Assembly (NCBI GenBank): GCA_001940895.1 | Contig: MSGY01000015.1 | Span: forward strand, 85,332 to 149,331 | DNA length: 64,000 bases | Origin: Christensenellaceae bacterium Phil10 | Lineage (GTDB): Bacteria; Bacillota; Clostridia; Christensenellales; CAG-917 | Reading direction: 5' to 3' | Part shown: in pieces, positions 54,990-64,000 of the stretch | How positions within the stretch are numbered: the stretch's first letter is position 1 | How the letters are laid out: the number at the start of each line of letters is the position of its first letter | Notes under the pieces: generated by a model | The model's input: only the letters and a program-made list of their open reading frames with translations | Told to the model about the DNA's origin: nothing | The model's database searches: none | Made by a program: the position numbers and the translations under genes

Positions 54990-56150
54990 ATGTACGATTT
55001 CGATAAAATAACGGACAGGAAAAACACAAACAGCTGGAAATACGATTTTTACGACGAATACGGAAAGACGCCTGATACGCTTTCGATGTGGATTGCCGAT
55101 ATGGATTTTCCCACCGTACCCGAGGTTTTAAAGAAGCTCGAGGACGTGGCGAAGTTCGGAATATTCGGGTATTCCCGACCGAGGGAGGGCTATTTCGAAG
55201 CCGTAAAAAACTGGTTTGAAAAACGTTTCGGCGCGCATATCGAAAACGAATGGATTGTCTTTACTCCCGGCGTGGTATTCGCGCTGAATATGGCTGTAAA
55301 GACCTTTACGGAAGAGGGAGACGGCGTGCTTGTTATGCGCCCCGTTTACTATCCTTTTTTAAACGCGATAAACAATAACGGCAGAAAACTCGTAAACTGC
55401 CCGCTGGTTTATTCGGACGGAAAATACTCGATTGACTTTGAAAACCTCGAAAAAACGATTGCCGAAAACAACGTTAAACTTATGTTATTCTGCAATCCTC
55501 ACAACCCCGTGGGACGGGTATGGACGAGGGCGGAACTCGAGGAAACGGCGGGTATTGCAAGACGACACGGAGTTTTCGTGTGTGCAGACGAGATTCACTG
55601 CGACTTTACTTATAATAACAACGTTCATACGTCTTTTTTGAACGTAGACAGGGAAAACGCGATGGTATGTACCGCGCCCAGCAAAACTTTTAATCTTGCG
55701 GGATTGCAGACTTCGAATATAATAATTGCGGACGAGGAAAAACGCGGGAAATTCCGCGCCGCGGTAAACTCGACGGGATACGAATATCCGAATATTTTCG
55801 GCATAACCGCGTGTGAGACCGCTTACCGCTGCGGCGAAAAATGGCTGGACGAGTTGCTGAGTTACGTTTACGGCAATTACGAATATATGGTCGATTTCTG
55901 CAGGAAAAACATGCCGGAGGCGAGAATTTCCGATTTACAGGGCACGTACCTCCCCTGGTTCGATATGAACGCATACGGACTTTCTCACGAAGAACTTATG
56001 AAAAGAGTCGAAAACGACGCAAGAATATGGCTGGACGAAGGCACGCTGTTCGGACCAGAAGGAAGGGGTTTTATTCGCTTCAATATTGCTTGCCCGCGTT
56101 CGGTTGTAGAGGAAGCGATGGACAGGCTGAAAGCCGCTATGGAGAAATAA
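54990..56150 (+). CDS. patB: MalY/PatB-type PLP-dependent C-S lyase (cystathionine beta-lyase family)
   Basis: 386 aa. 'FDKITDRKNTNSWKYD', 'MWIADMDFPT' and 'SKTFNLAGL' (PLP lysine). Confidence 0.8.
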   Translation: MYDFDKITDRKNTNSWKYDFYDEYGKTPDTLSMWIADMDFPTVPEVLKKLEDVAKFGIFGYSRPREGYFEAVKNWFEKRFGAHIENEWIVFTPGVVFALNMAVKTFTEEGDGVLVMRPVYYPFLNAINNNGRKLVNCPLVYSDGKYSIDFENLEKTIAENNVKLMLFCNPHNPVGRVWTRAELEETAGIARRHGVFVCADEIHCDFTYNNNVHTSFLNVDRENAMVCTAPSKTFNLAGLQTSNIIIADEEKRGKFRAAVNSTGYEYPNIFGITACETAYRCGEKWLDELLSYVYGNYEYMVDFCRKNMPEARISDLQGTYLPWFDMNAYGLSHEELMKRVENDARIWLDEGTLFGPEGRGFIRFNIACPRSVVEEAMDRLKAAMEK

Positions 56151-56156
56151 AGAGAA

Positions 56157-57926
56157 ATGAGACGAAACGGAAACGATACTGCTTTGAATAATGAAAAAAT
56201 GCCGAAAGGTATGCTTAAACGACTTATTCCGTTCTATAAACCCTATAAAAAGTTATTTTGTCTGGATTTACTTGCCGCATTCGTGATGTCGGTTGCGGGA
56301 ATTGTTTTTCCCGTTCTCGTGCGCTATCTGCTGTACGATATTCTGGGCGCGGAATTCATGTGGGCAAGTCTTTTCGAAATGGCGGGACTGATGATAGGCG
56401 TGAAAATAATCGAGGTGGGGTGCAGATATTATATGACCACCGTCGGCCATCTTATGGGCGCTAAAATCGAAAAGGATATAAGAATGAGCCTTTTCGAAAA
56501 ATATATGCGTCTTCCAACGAGTTTTTACGACGACAATAAGGTGGGCGAACTGATGAGTCGCAGCACGACCGACCTTTTCGACATCACGGAGTTTTCACAT
56601 CATTGCCCCGAAGAGCTGTTTATAGTAGTTGTAAAATTTACGGGTATATTCGCCTATCTTATGACAATAAACGTCAAACTGACTTTAATAGTTTTTGCGA
56701 CTATTCCCGTATTCGTTACCGTTACTTACTTTTACAATAACAGGCTTAACAGAATATTCCGCGAGAACCGCAGAAAAATCGCCGAAATCAACAGTCATCT
56801 CGAAGATACTCTGTCGGGTATCCGCGTGGTCAAATCCTTTGCCACCGAAAACATCGAAGAAAAACGGTTTGACAAAGACAACGACGATTTCGTAAAGATA
56901 AAGAAAAAAAGTTATCTTAATATGGGCGGTTTCTTTTCGTCGGTTACGCTGTTTTCGAGCATTGTCTATATTCTTACGGCGGTTGCCGGCGCGGCCTTTA
57001 TCAAAAAAGGTTATATCACTACGCCCGACCTTATTGCGTATCTTCTGTTCGTGAATACTTTGCTAAACACCATCGACGTGCTGGTACAGCTTACCGAACA
57101 GTTTCAGCAGGGCGTTGCCGGATTTTCGAGATACTGCGCGATTATGGATACTCCCGAGACCGTCACGGACAAGCCGGACGCTTCCGATATCGATAATTTC
57201 GACGGCCGTATCGAATTCAGCGACGTAACTTTTGCATATAACGACGGCACCGAGGTTTTGCACAACCTCAACGTCGTAGTGGAAAAAGGCGAAAACGTGG
57301 CTATCGTCGGGCCGTCGGGCGGAGGAAAAACGACGATGGTAAGCCTTATTCCGAGGTTTTACGAACCGCAGGCGGGCAAAGTGCTTATCGACGGGAAGGA
57401 CGTACGCGACGTAACGCTGAAATCGCTTCGGCGTTGCGTAGGTATCGTTCAGCAGGACGTATATCTTTTTAACGGTACCGTGGCGGAAAACATCGCTTAC
57501 GGCAATCCCGAAGCGTCGCGGGAAGAAATTATCGCCGCGGCAAAGGCGGCGGGCGCCGACGAATTCGTCGGCAAAATGCCAAACGGATACGATACGGTCG
57601 TCGGAGAACGCGGCGTAAAACTTTCGGGCGGGCAGAAACAGCGGATAAGCATCGCAAGACTCTTCCTGAAAAATCCGCCGATACTTATTCTCGACGAAGC
57701 AACGAGCGCTCTCGACAACGAATCGGAACGCGCCGTGCAGGAATCGCTTGACAGACTGGCCGAAGGCCGAACCACCCTTACGATAGCGCACAGACTTACT
57801 ACCGTAAGAAACGCAAAAAGAATTCTCGTTCTGACGGAGGACGGTATCGCAGAGGACGGAAGCCATAACGAACTGATTAAAAAGGGCGGTATATACGCAA
57901 AACTGTATAAAACTTACGAAAATTAA
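56157..57926 (+). CDS. ABC exporter, fused permease/ATPase (MsbA/MdlB type)
   Basis: 589 aa. Walker A 'GPSGGGKTT', signature 'LSGGQKQRISIAR', Walker B 'ILILDEATSALD'. An alternative start is ATG 56199. Confidence 0.85.
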   Translation: MRRNGNDTALNNEKMPKGMLKRLIPFYKPYKKLFCLDLLAAFVMSVAGIVFPVLVRYLLYDILGAEFMWASLFEMAGLMIGVKIIEVGCRYYMTTVGHLMGAKIEKDIRMSLFEKYMRLPTSFYDDNKVGELMSRSTTDLFDITEFSHHCPEELFIVVVKFTGIFAYLMTINVKLTLIVFATIPVFVTVTYFYNNRLNRIFRENRRKIAEINSHLEDTLSGIRVVKSFATENIEEKRFDKDNDDFVKIKKKSYLNMGGFFSSVTLFSSIVYILTAVAGAAFIKKGYITTPDLIAYLLFVNTLLNTIDVLVQLTEQFQQGVAGFSRYCAIMDTPETVTDKPDASDIDNFDGRIEFSDVTFAYNDGTEVLHNLNVVVEKGENVAIVGPSGGGKTTMVSLIPRFYEPQAGKVLIDGKDVRDVTLKSLRRCVGIVQQDVYLFNGTVAENIAYGNPEASREEIIAAAKAAGADEFVGKMPNGYDTVVGERGVKLSGGQKQRISIARLFLKNPPILILDEATSALDNESERAVQESLDRLAEGRTTLTIAHRLTTVRNAKRILVLTEDGIAEDGSHNELIKKGGIYAKLYKTYEN

Positions 57927-58004
57927 AAATCAGGTAAAATATTGATTGCTTTTTGACCCTCCGCCGTGTATAATTTTAAAATAAAAATTACCGGAGGTAG
58001 TTCT

Positions 58005-59000
58005 ATGATAAACAACAAAGGCTCAGCAATCGAATTGCGTACGACTGAAACGGCAATCAAGCTTATCAAAGACAACTTTGAAAGACTACTTGCCGGCGCT
58101 CTCAATTTACAGCGTGTATCCGCACCGCTTATTGTTACGTCGGACTCGGGTCTGAACGATAATCTCAACGGGGTGGAACGCATAGTATCTTTCGACGTTC
58201 TCAATAACCCCGGAGTCAGGTGCGAAGTCGTTCAATCGCTCGCAAAATGGAAAAGATACGCTTTGAGTTATTACGGTTTCAAAGCAGACGAAGGACTTTA
58301 TACCGATATGAATGCCATACGCTGCGACGATTATATCGATAACCTTCACAGCATTTACGTCGACCAGTGGGACTGGGAGAGAGTTATCTCGAAAGAGGAG
58401 AGAAACGAGGAATTTTTAAAAAGCATCGTGAGAAAAATCGTGGGTGCCGTCGCAGATACGTCAAATATCGTGAATATGAATTTCCCTGCGAACAATATAA
58501 GAATAAACAGGGAAGTGAAGTTTGTAACGACGCAGGAACTCGAGGACGCGTATCCCGACAAAACGCCTAAGGAAAGAGAAAATATAATTACGAAAGAAAA
58601 CGGCACGGTATGCATTATGCAGATAGGCGGGCTGCTTAAAAGCGGCAGGAAACACGACGGGCGCGCACCCGATTACGACGACTGGTCGTTGAACTGCGAC
58701 ATACTTTTCTGGCTTGACAGCATCGATTCGGCAATCGAGATTTCGAGTATGGGAATCCGCGTAACGCCCGAAGTCATGAAAAAACAGCTTGCCGAAACGG
58801 GAGATACGTCAAGGCTTGAACTGCCTTTCCACAAGGCTCTTATGAACGGCGAGCTTCCCCTTACGATAGGCGGCGGCATAGGACAGTCGAGGCTTTGTAT
58901 GCTTCTTCTCGGAAAGAAACATATCGGCGAAGTACAGGCTTCGGTATGGCCTGAACAAATGATAGAAGACTGTGCAAAACAGGGTATTTATCTTCTGTAA
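58005..59000 (+). CDS. asnA: Aspartate--ammonia ligase (asparagine synthetase A)
   Basis: I chose ATG 58005, after 'ggagg', over GTG 57966. 'LQRVSAPLIVTSDSGLNDNLNG', 'IYVDQWDWE' and 'GGGIGQSRLCMLLL' match. Confidence 0.85.
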   Translation: MINNKGSAIELRTTETAIKLIKDNFERLLAGALNLQRVSAPLIVTSDSGLNDNLNGVERIVSFDVLNNPGVRCEVVQSLAKWKRYALSYYGFKADEGLYTDMNAIRCDDYIDNLHSIYVDQWDWERVISKEERNEEFLKSIVRKIVGAVADTSNIVNMNFPANNIRINREVKFVTTQELEDAYPDKTPKERENIITKENGTVCIMQIGGLLKSGRKHDGRAPDYDDWSLNCDILFWLDSIDSAIEISSMGIRVTPEVMKKQLAETGDTSRLELPFHKALMNGELPLTIGGGIGQSRLCMLLLGKKHIGEVQASVWPEQMIEDCAKQGIYLL

Positions 59001-59039
59001 TAAAACGATAAACTTACAATTTTGAAGGACGGTATTATA

Positions 59040-60434
59040 ATGCAAAGAACACAAATCAAAAGTATTTACTCCGCCGCCGGGGATTACGCCGGCAAAGAGA
59101 TAACGCTTGCGGGATGGGCAAGAACGATAAGAGACAGCAAAAATTTCGGTTTTATCGAGCTTAACGACGGAAGTTTTTTCAAAAACTGTCAGGTAGTTTT
59201 CGAGCGCGACAAAATCGACAACTACGACGAGATTGCCAGACAAAACGTAGGTGCGTCGCTGATTGTCGACGGAATTATCGAACTTACTCCCCAGGCGAAA
59301 CAACCTTTTGAAATAAAAGCTACTAAAATCGTCGTGCAAGGTACGTCGACGCCCGACTATCCTTTGCAGAAAAAACGCCACAGTTTCGAGTTTCTCAGGG
59401 AAAAGGCTTATCTCCGTCCCCGCACGAATACGTTTAACGCGGTTTTCCGCATAAGAAGCGAGATAGCTTTTGCCATTCATAAATTTTTTAACGAACAGAA
59501 TTTCGTTTACGTTCACACTCCGCTTATCACCGGCAGCGACTGCGAAGGTGCGGGCGCTATGTTTCAGGTTACCACACTCGACCTCGAAAACGTGCCGAAG
59601 GACGAAAACGGCAAGGTCGATTATTCGGAAGATTTCTTCGGTAAAAAAACGAGCCTTACCGTGTCGGGACAGCTGAACGTCGAAACGTACGCTATGGCTT
59701 ACGGCCGCGTTTATACTTTCGGCCCGACGTTCCGCGCTGAAAAATCAAACACCACCCGTCACGCGGCAGAGTTCTGGATGATTGAGCCCGAAATGGCGTT
59801 CGCCGACCTTGCCGACAATATGGATATGGCGGAGGCAATGGTCAAATATGTCATAAAATACGTTATGAACAGCTGTAAAGAGGAAATCGCGTTTCTGAAT
59901 CAGTTTGTGGATACGGGACTTATAGCGCGTCTTGAAAACGTCGTCAACAGCGAGTTTGAAAGACTTTCTTATACGAAAGCCGTCGAGTTGCTTCTGCCGC
60001 ATAAGGACGAATTCGAATTTCCCGTTTTCTGGGGATGCGACCTTCAATCGGAGCACGAAAGATACCTTACCGAAAAGATTTTCAAAAAACCCGTGTTTCT
60101 TACCGGTTATCCGAAGGAAATCAAGGCGTTTTATATGCGTCTGAACGACGACGGAAAAACCGTTGCGGCAATGGACCTGCTCGTGCCCGGCATAGGCGAA
60201 CTCATCGGAGGCAGTCAGCGCGAGGAACGTCTCGACGTGCTTGAAAAACGAATCGACGAGATGGGACTTAAAGCCGAGGATTATTGGTGGTATACCGATC
60301 TGAGACGTTTCGGAGGAACCGTTCATTCGGGATACGGTCTCGGATTCGAGCGTATGGTAATGTATCTTACGGGTATTTCGAATATCCGCGACGTTATTCC
60401 TTTCCCGAGGACCGTGGGCAACTGTGAGTATTGA
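59040..60434 (+). CDS. asnS: Asparagine--tRNA ligase
   Basis: I chose ATG 59040. OB domain '[25 protein letters not shown]', motif 2 '[24 protein letters not shown]', motif 3 '[12 protein letters not shown]'. Confidence 0.9.
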   Translation: MQRTQIKSIYSAAGDYAGKEITLAGWARTIRDSKNFGFIELNDGSFFKNCQVVFERDKIDNYDEIARQNVGASLIVDGIIELTPQAKQPFEIKATKIVVQGTSTPDYPLQKKRHSFEFLREKAYLRPRTNTFNAVFRIRSEIAFAIHKFFNEQNFVYVHTPLITGSDCEGAGAMFQVTTLDLENVPKDENGKVDYSEDFFGKKTSLTVSGQLNVETYAMAYGRVYTFGPTFRAEKSNTTRHAAEFWMIEPEMAFADLADNMDMAEAMVKYVIKYVMNSCKEEIAFLNQFVDTGLIARLENVVNSEFERLSYTKAVELLLPHKDEFEFPVFWGCDLQSEHERYLTEKIFKKPVFLTGYPKEIKAFYMRLNDDGKTVAAMDLLVPGIGELIGGSQREERLDVLEKRIDEMGLKAEDYWWYTDLRRFGGTVHSGYGLGFERMVMYLTGISNIRDVIPFPRTVGNCEY

Positions 60435-60445
60435 GAGGTTTTTAA

Positions 60446-60628
60446 ATGACCGAAAAAGAAAAGGAAAAACTGCTTGCAAAAATGAAAAACCGCGAATCGG
60501 GCGACGTGTCGCGTTGCGACGACGACCTCGAGCGAAGCGAAAAGTACATGAAGAAAGGGCAGTACGAACGATCCAAATATAAGGAGTTTTACGACGACGT
60601 AAAACTTTCGATAAAAGAGGACTGGTAA
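60446..60628 (+). CDS. 60-aa highly charged hypothetical protein
   Basis: RBS 'gagagg'. It lies 11 nt after asnS and is followed by a terminator. No family recognised. Confidence 0.4.
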   Translation: MTEKEKEKLLAKMKNRESGDVSRCDDDLERSEKYMKKGQYERSKYKEFYDDVKLSIKEDW

Positions 60629-60630
60629 AA

Positions 60631-60658
60631 AAATCCCCCGCCGATAAGCGGGGGATTT
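60631..60658. terminator. Bidirectional terminator hairpin between convergent genes
   Basis: aaatcccccgc-cgataa-gcgggggattt; the A-run and T-run are part of the stem flanks. Confidence 0.7.
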
Positions 60659-60664
60659 AACGTT

Positions 60665-61279
60665 TTATTTCGTTATCAGAGATTTTGCGGCGGCAACTAT
60701 GACGTCTACCGTTGCGTCTGTTCCCAGCGAACTGTCGACCGTAAGGTGATAATTGTTTAAATCGCCCCATTTTTTACCCGTATAGTAATTGTAGTATTTT
60801 TTGCGGGTTTCGTCGGTTTTTTTCACTACTTTTTCGGCCGTTACGGGGTTAAGTCCATAGTTTTTCACTGCGTTTCGAACGCGTGTTTCAAGAGGAGCGT
60901 GTATAAAGACGTTAAGTACGCCCGCATTGTTTCTCAATACGTAATCTGCGGCTCGTCCCACTATGACCGCGCTTTCTTTGTTTGCTACGTTCCGAATCAC
61001 GTTGGATTGCAACAAAAACAATTTGTCATTCATTGTGAGATTGAAATCGGACGACGAAGAAGGGATATAACCCGTAGCCGGCAAGGCGTAAAAGAAACGC
61101 TCGGCCGCTTTTTCGTCAAGGTCCTCGATTACTTTTTCGCTCATATTGCTTTCCTGCGCGCTCAGAGCGATAAGTTCTTTGTCGTAAAACTTAATTCCCA
61201 GTTTATCCGCAACGAGTTTTGCGACGAACCTTCCGCCGCTGCCGTATTCCCGTCCGACGGTTATTACGATTTTCCCCAT
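60665..61279 (-). CDS. Cytidylate-kinase-like family protein (P-loop NTPase)
   Basis: 204 aa. 'IVITVGREYGSGGRFVAKLVADKLGIKFYDKELI' matches. RBS 'aaggagg'. Confidence 0.7.
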   Translation of the reverse strand: MGKIVITVGREYGSGGRFVAKLVADKLGIKFYDKELIALSAQESNMSEKVIEDLDEKAAERFFYALPATGYIPSSSSDFNLTMNDKLFLLQSNVIRNVANKESAVIVGRAADYVLRNNAGVLNVFIHAPLETRVRNAVKNYGLNPVTAEKVVKKTDETRKKYYNYYTGKKWGDLNNYHLTVDSSLGTDATVDVIVAAAKSLITK

Positions 61280-61350
61280 ACTGTTTACCTCCTTGGCTTA
61301 TATTTATATTATACCACGCCCGATATCGCAATTCAATACTTGCGTCGAAA

Positions 61351-61379
61351 TTGACAAAAAACTCACGCGTCTGTATAAT
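61351..61379 (+). promoter_or_regulatory. Consensus sigmaA promoter placed for a leaderless transcript
   Basis: -35 TTGACA (61351-61356), a 17-nt spacer, -10 TATAAT (61374-61379). The ATG lies 7 nt downstream at 61386 with no RBS. Confidence 0.65.
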
Positions 61380-61385
61380 TGAAAT

Positions 61386-62549
61386 ATGAGTATATTCGAC
61401 GGAAAACTCGATTTGTCGGTAACGGTCGCAAGCGGTATCGAGGCGGTAACGAAACGGGAACTTGAAAGTCTCGGATACGAGCCCGGACCCGCAATTTTCG
61501 GAAGAATAGGGTTTAAGGGCGATTTCAGCGACGTTGCGCGCGCTAATATTTTTTTACGCACGGCAAATCACGTATACATAAATCTCTGCGAGTTTCCCGC
61601 CGACACTTTCGACGCTCTTTTCGACGGACTTATCGGTTACCGGTTCGAGGACGTTTTGCCTGAAAACGCAAAATTTACCGTCGACGCCAAAAGCAATAAG
61701 TCGAAACTTTACGCCTTATCCGCCATACAGAAGGTAGGGAAAAAGGCAATAGCCGAAAGACTTATGCGAGCATATAAGACGGGAACTCTTTCGGAAACGG
61801 GGGCGGAATATCATATCGAAATAAACATAGTTAACGACGTTGCGACCGTATGTCTCGATACGTCGGGCGAAGGATTGCACAAAAGAGGATATCGTCCGAT
61901 AATGGGTCTTGCCCCTATGAAGGAGACTCTGGCCGCCGCAATCGTAACGTTGTCCGTATGGAATGCGGAAAGGCCGCTTATCGACTGTTTCTGCGGCAGC
62001 GGAACTATACCCATAGAAGCCGCGTTGATTGCCGCAAACATTGCGCCGGGAGTTAATCGGAACTTTGCGTTCGAACATTTTGAAAACGCACCCACCGTTG
62101 CGGATGAAGTGCGCAAAGAGGCTGTTCAGCGTGAAAATCGAGATGTTAAAGTGCGTATTTCGGGATTTGATATCGACGCCGACAGTATAAAAACGGCAAT
62201 GTGCCACGCCGAAAAAGCCAGCGTTAAGGACCTTATACATTTTCAACGGACAGACATGAGAAATGTTTCGACGAAAAACGAATACGGCGTTCTTATAAGC
62301 AATCTGCCTTTCGGGGAAAGACTGCTTACCGAAAAAGAATTGCAACCCCTTTACCGGGATTTCGGAAAACTTTTTAAAAGCCTTCCGACCTGGAGTTGCT
62401 ATGCTTTTACGAGTTATCCCGATTTCGAAAAGTATTTCGGCAGGCGCGCCGATAAAACACGCAAACTTTACAGCAGTCAGCTCGAATGCGTGCTGTATCA
62501 ATATTTAGGGCCCCGTCCCCCGAAACGCGACGGTAAGGAGAGATTATGA
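61386..62549 (+). CDS. THUMP-domain class I SAM-dependent RNA methyltransferase (RlmL/YpsC-like)
   Basis: 387 aa. SAM motif 'IDCFCGSGTIPIEAAL' and catalytic-type motif 'ISNLPFGERL'. Confidence 0.8.
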   Translation: MSIFDGKLDLSVTVASGIEAVTKRELESLGYEPGPAIFGRIGFKGDFSDVARANIFLRTANHVYINLCEFPADTFDALFDGLIGYRFEDVLPENAKFTVDAKSNKSKLYALSAIQKVGKKAIAERLMRAYKTGTLSETGAEYHIEINIVNDVATVCLDTSGEGLHKRGYRPIMGLAPMKETLAAAIVTLSVWNAERPLIDCFCGSGTIPIEAALIAANIAPGVNRNFAFEHFENAPTVADEVRKEAVQRENRDVKVRISGFDIDADSIKTAMCHAEKASVKDLIHFQRTDMRNVSTKNEYGVLISNLPFGERLLTEKELQPLYRDFGKLFKSLPTWSCYAFTSYPDFEKYFGRRADKTRKLYSSQLECVLYQYLGPRPPKRDGKERL

Positions 62550-64000
62550 AAAGAAACGGAATGTGTCCTGTTTGTTTTATCAAACGCTTTTTTACCATGC
62601 CTTCGAAGGTGAGCGAAGTTTATCCCGAAGGATTATACGATAACGGCGCGGCTATGACGCCTCCGATGGGATGGTCGAGCTGGAATACCTTTAAAAATCG
62701 AATCGACGAAAATCTTATTTACGATACGGCCGTCGCGATGAAAGAAAAGGGTCTTCTCGAGGCAGGCTATCGTTTTGTAAATATCGACGATAACTGGGTC
62801 TGCAATAACAGAGACGAGAACGGACGTATGCAGTCGGACCCTCTGACTTTTCCTCACGGAATTCCCGCGCTTGTCGAAAAAGTCAATGCGCTCGGGATAA
62901 GTCTCGGCATTTACAGCAGCAACGGCACCGCTACCTGCGAGGACCTTACCGCAAGCCTTTATCACGAGCGTCTTGACGCCGAAACGATAGCCGAATGGGG
63001 CGTGGAATATTTCAAATACGACTTTTGCCACAACGAGCCTATGTCGGAATACGCGCCCCTCGTCTATGCCGTAACCGTCAGCGGAAATTGCGAGCCAGCA
63101 ACCTATCAATGCACGGAGGCGGTTCTTTCGGGACTTGCAAGAAGAATGCCCACGAAAAAGACCGAATGCGGCAAATACGTATCGGGTCTTGACAGAAGAG
63201 AAGGCGCAATGACCTTCGAAAACGTCGAGGTAAAGGACGCGGGCGAATACGACCTGACCGTTCATATCGTCAAACACGGCAGATACAAAAAATGTCTTAT
63301 GATAGAAGTAAACGGGAAAGAACGCGTTACCGTTGATTTTCCCGACCAGAAAAAGTACAACGATACGGCAAAATTTTCAGTAAAGGTAAACCTTGAAAAA
63401 GGGAAAAACTCGATAAAACTTTTCAATCCCATAGGAAGTCGCGCGGACAGCGCGATGCTGCAATACCGTCTTATGGGACGGGAACTCAAAAACGCCGCGA
63501 CGAAAGTTTCGGCCGAAACGGGAAAACCTCGCAAAAACATAACTTTCTCAATTTGCGAATGGGGATGGAATCAGCCGTATAAATGGGGACGCCTCACCGG
63601 TAATTTATGGCGCACCACGCCCGATATCCGTCCGTTCTGGCCGTGGATAATGATTATTTATAACCATAACGTAAAACTTTATAAATACGCGGGTCCCGGG
63701 GGATGGAACGACCCCGATATGCTTGAAGTCGGCAACGGAAAATTGACGCGCAATCAGAATCGCTCGCACTTTGCGTTGTGGTGTATGATGTGCGCGCCGC
63801 TTATTCTCGGCAACGACCTGAGAAGCATATCCGACGAGGTCCTGAACATAGTAACCAATAAAAATCTGATTGCCGTAAATCAGGACGCGCTCGGAGTGCA
63901 GGCAAAGCGAATCTCGAAAGGCGACGTCGATACTCTCGTAAAACCTCTGTCCGACGGCAGCGTTGCGGTGTGTTTATTCAATAAGGGAGGAAAGAAAAAA
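62546..64000 (+). CDS. GH27 alpha-galactosidase with an internal CBM-like insertion (3' end outside window; absent from the ORF track)
   Basis: Hand translation of an open frame running to the window edge, after RBS 'aaggag' (ATGA overlap). 'TPPMGWSSWN', 'YRFVNIDDNW', 'YFKYDFC', 'SICEWG', 'LWRTTPDI' and 'GGWNDPDMLEVGN' match. A start at the internal Met 'MPSKV' is also possible. Confidence 0.8.
   Translation, partial: MKRNGMCPVCFIKRFFTMPSKVSEVYPEGLYDNGAAMTPPMGWSSWNTFKNRIDENLIYDTAVAMKEKGLLEAGYRFVNIDDNWVCNNRDENGRMQSDPLTFPHGIPALVEKVNALGISLGIYSSNGTATCEDLTASLYHERLDAETIAEWGVEYFKYDFCHNEPMSEYAPLVYAVTVSGNCEPATYQCTEAVLSGLARRMPTKKTECGKYVSGLDRREGAMTFENVEVKDAGEYDLTVHIVKHGRYKKCLMIEVNGKERVTVDFPDQKKYNDTAKFSVKVNLEKGKNSIKLFNPIGSRADSAMLQYRLMGRELKNAATKVSAETGKPRKNITFSICEWGWNQPYKWGRLTGNLWRTTPDIRPFWPWIMIIYNHNVKLYKYAGPGGWNDPDMLEVGNGKLTRNQNRSHFALWCMMCAPLILGNDLRSISDEVLNIVTNKNLIAVNQDALGVQAKRISKGDVDTLVKPLSDGSVAVCLFNKGGKKK

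Noticed and set aside
57927-59039. T-box or other amino-acid-responsive leader for asnA/asnS
   Set aside because: The upstream regions are only about 78 and 39 nt, too short for a T-box (about 200 nt or more). The candidate -35/-10 boxes at 57942-57974 have wrong spacing (10 or 21 nt), so I called no promoter.
1-64000. Mobile elements, prophage, CRISPR arrays, tRNA/rRNA genes, toxin-antitoxin or classical defence systems
   Set aside because: No integrase, transposase or recombinase motifs were seen. There are no regularly spaced repeats, no cloverleaf-like GC-rich 75-nt islands in intergenic gaps, and no abrupt compositional change that I could detect by eye.

Overview
This 64-kb chromosomal window looks like it comes from a Gram-positive, Clostridia-type anaerobe. 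Supporting signs are a Prp-processed L27, a SpoIVFB-like site-2 protease, MinDE, many lipobox lipoproteins and TTGACA/TATAAT-type promoters. I found no rRNA, tRNA, CRISPR array, transposase, integrase or phage gene. There are about 62 protein genes, nearly all on the + strand and tightly packed. Positions 2.5-34 kb form a glutamate-centred island with five parts. (1) folA-thyA. (2) A gap-free operon for the methylaspartate route of glutamate fermentation (glmS-glmL-glmE-mal plus citD-citE-citF-citC-citXG, most plausibly citramalate lyase), which runs straight into a lipoprotein gamma-glutamyltransferase. (3) An uncharacterised cassette of exported or membrane proteins: a solitary DctM-like permease, a 54-aa two-helix miniprotein, two M14/AstE-like zinc hydrolases, a lipoprotein of unknown fold, and a 923-aa lipoprotein with repeated OB-like modules. 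(4) An operon joining murI, a two-subunit class-I fumarase-type hydratase (candidate mesaconase), a paralogue of the unknown lipoprotein, and a poly-gamma-glutamate synthase set (pgsB, pgsC, a bitopic membrane protein, no PgsA/CapA). (5) In the same operon, an OmpR/PhoR-type two-component system and a PduO-type B12 adenosyltransferase. The second half is housekeeping: ppx, maf, mreB, minDE, an M50 protease, radical-SAM/DUF2344/RNase G, rplU-prp-rpmA, ogg, a four-subunit 2-oxoacid:ferredoxin oxidoreductase, nfeD-floA, GH31, asnA-asnS, an ABC exporter, a THUMP methyltransferase and a GH27 enzyme. The best candidate for an undescribed system is the exported-protein cassette together with the PgsA-less pgs locus, which share a lipoprotein family. 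All functional calls come from reading motifs by eye; no database search was possible.
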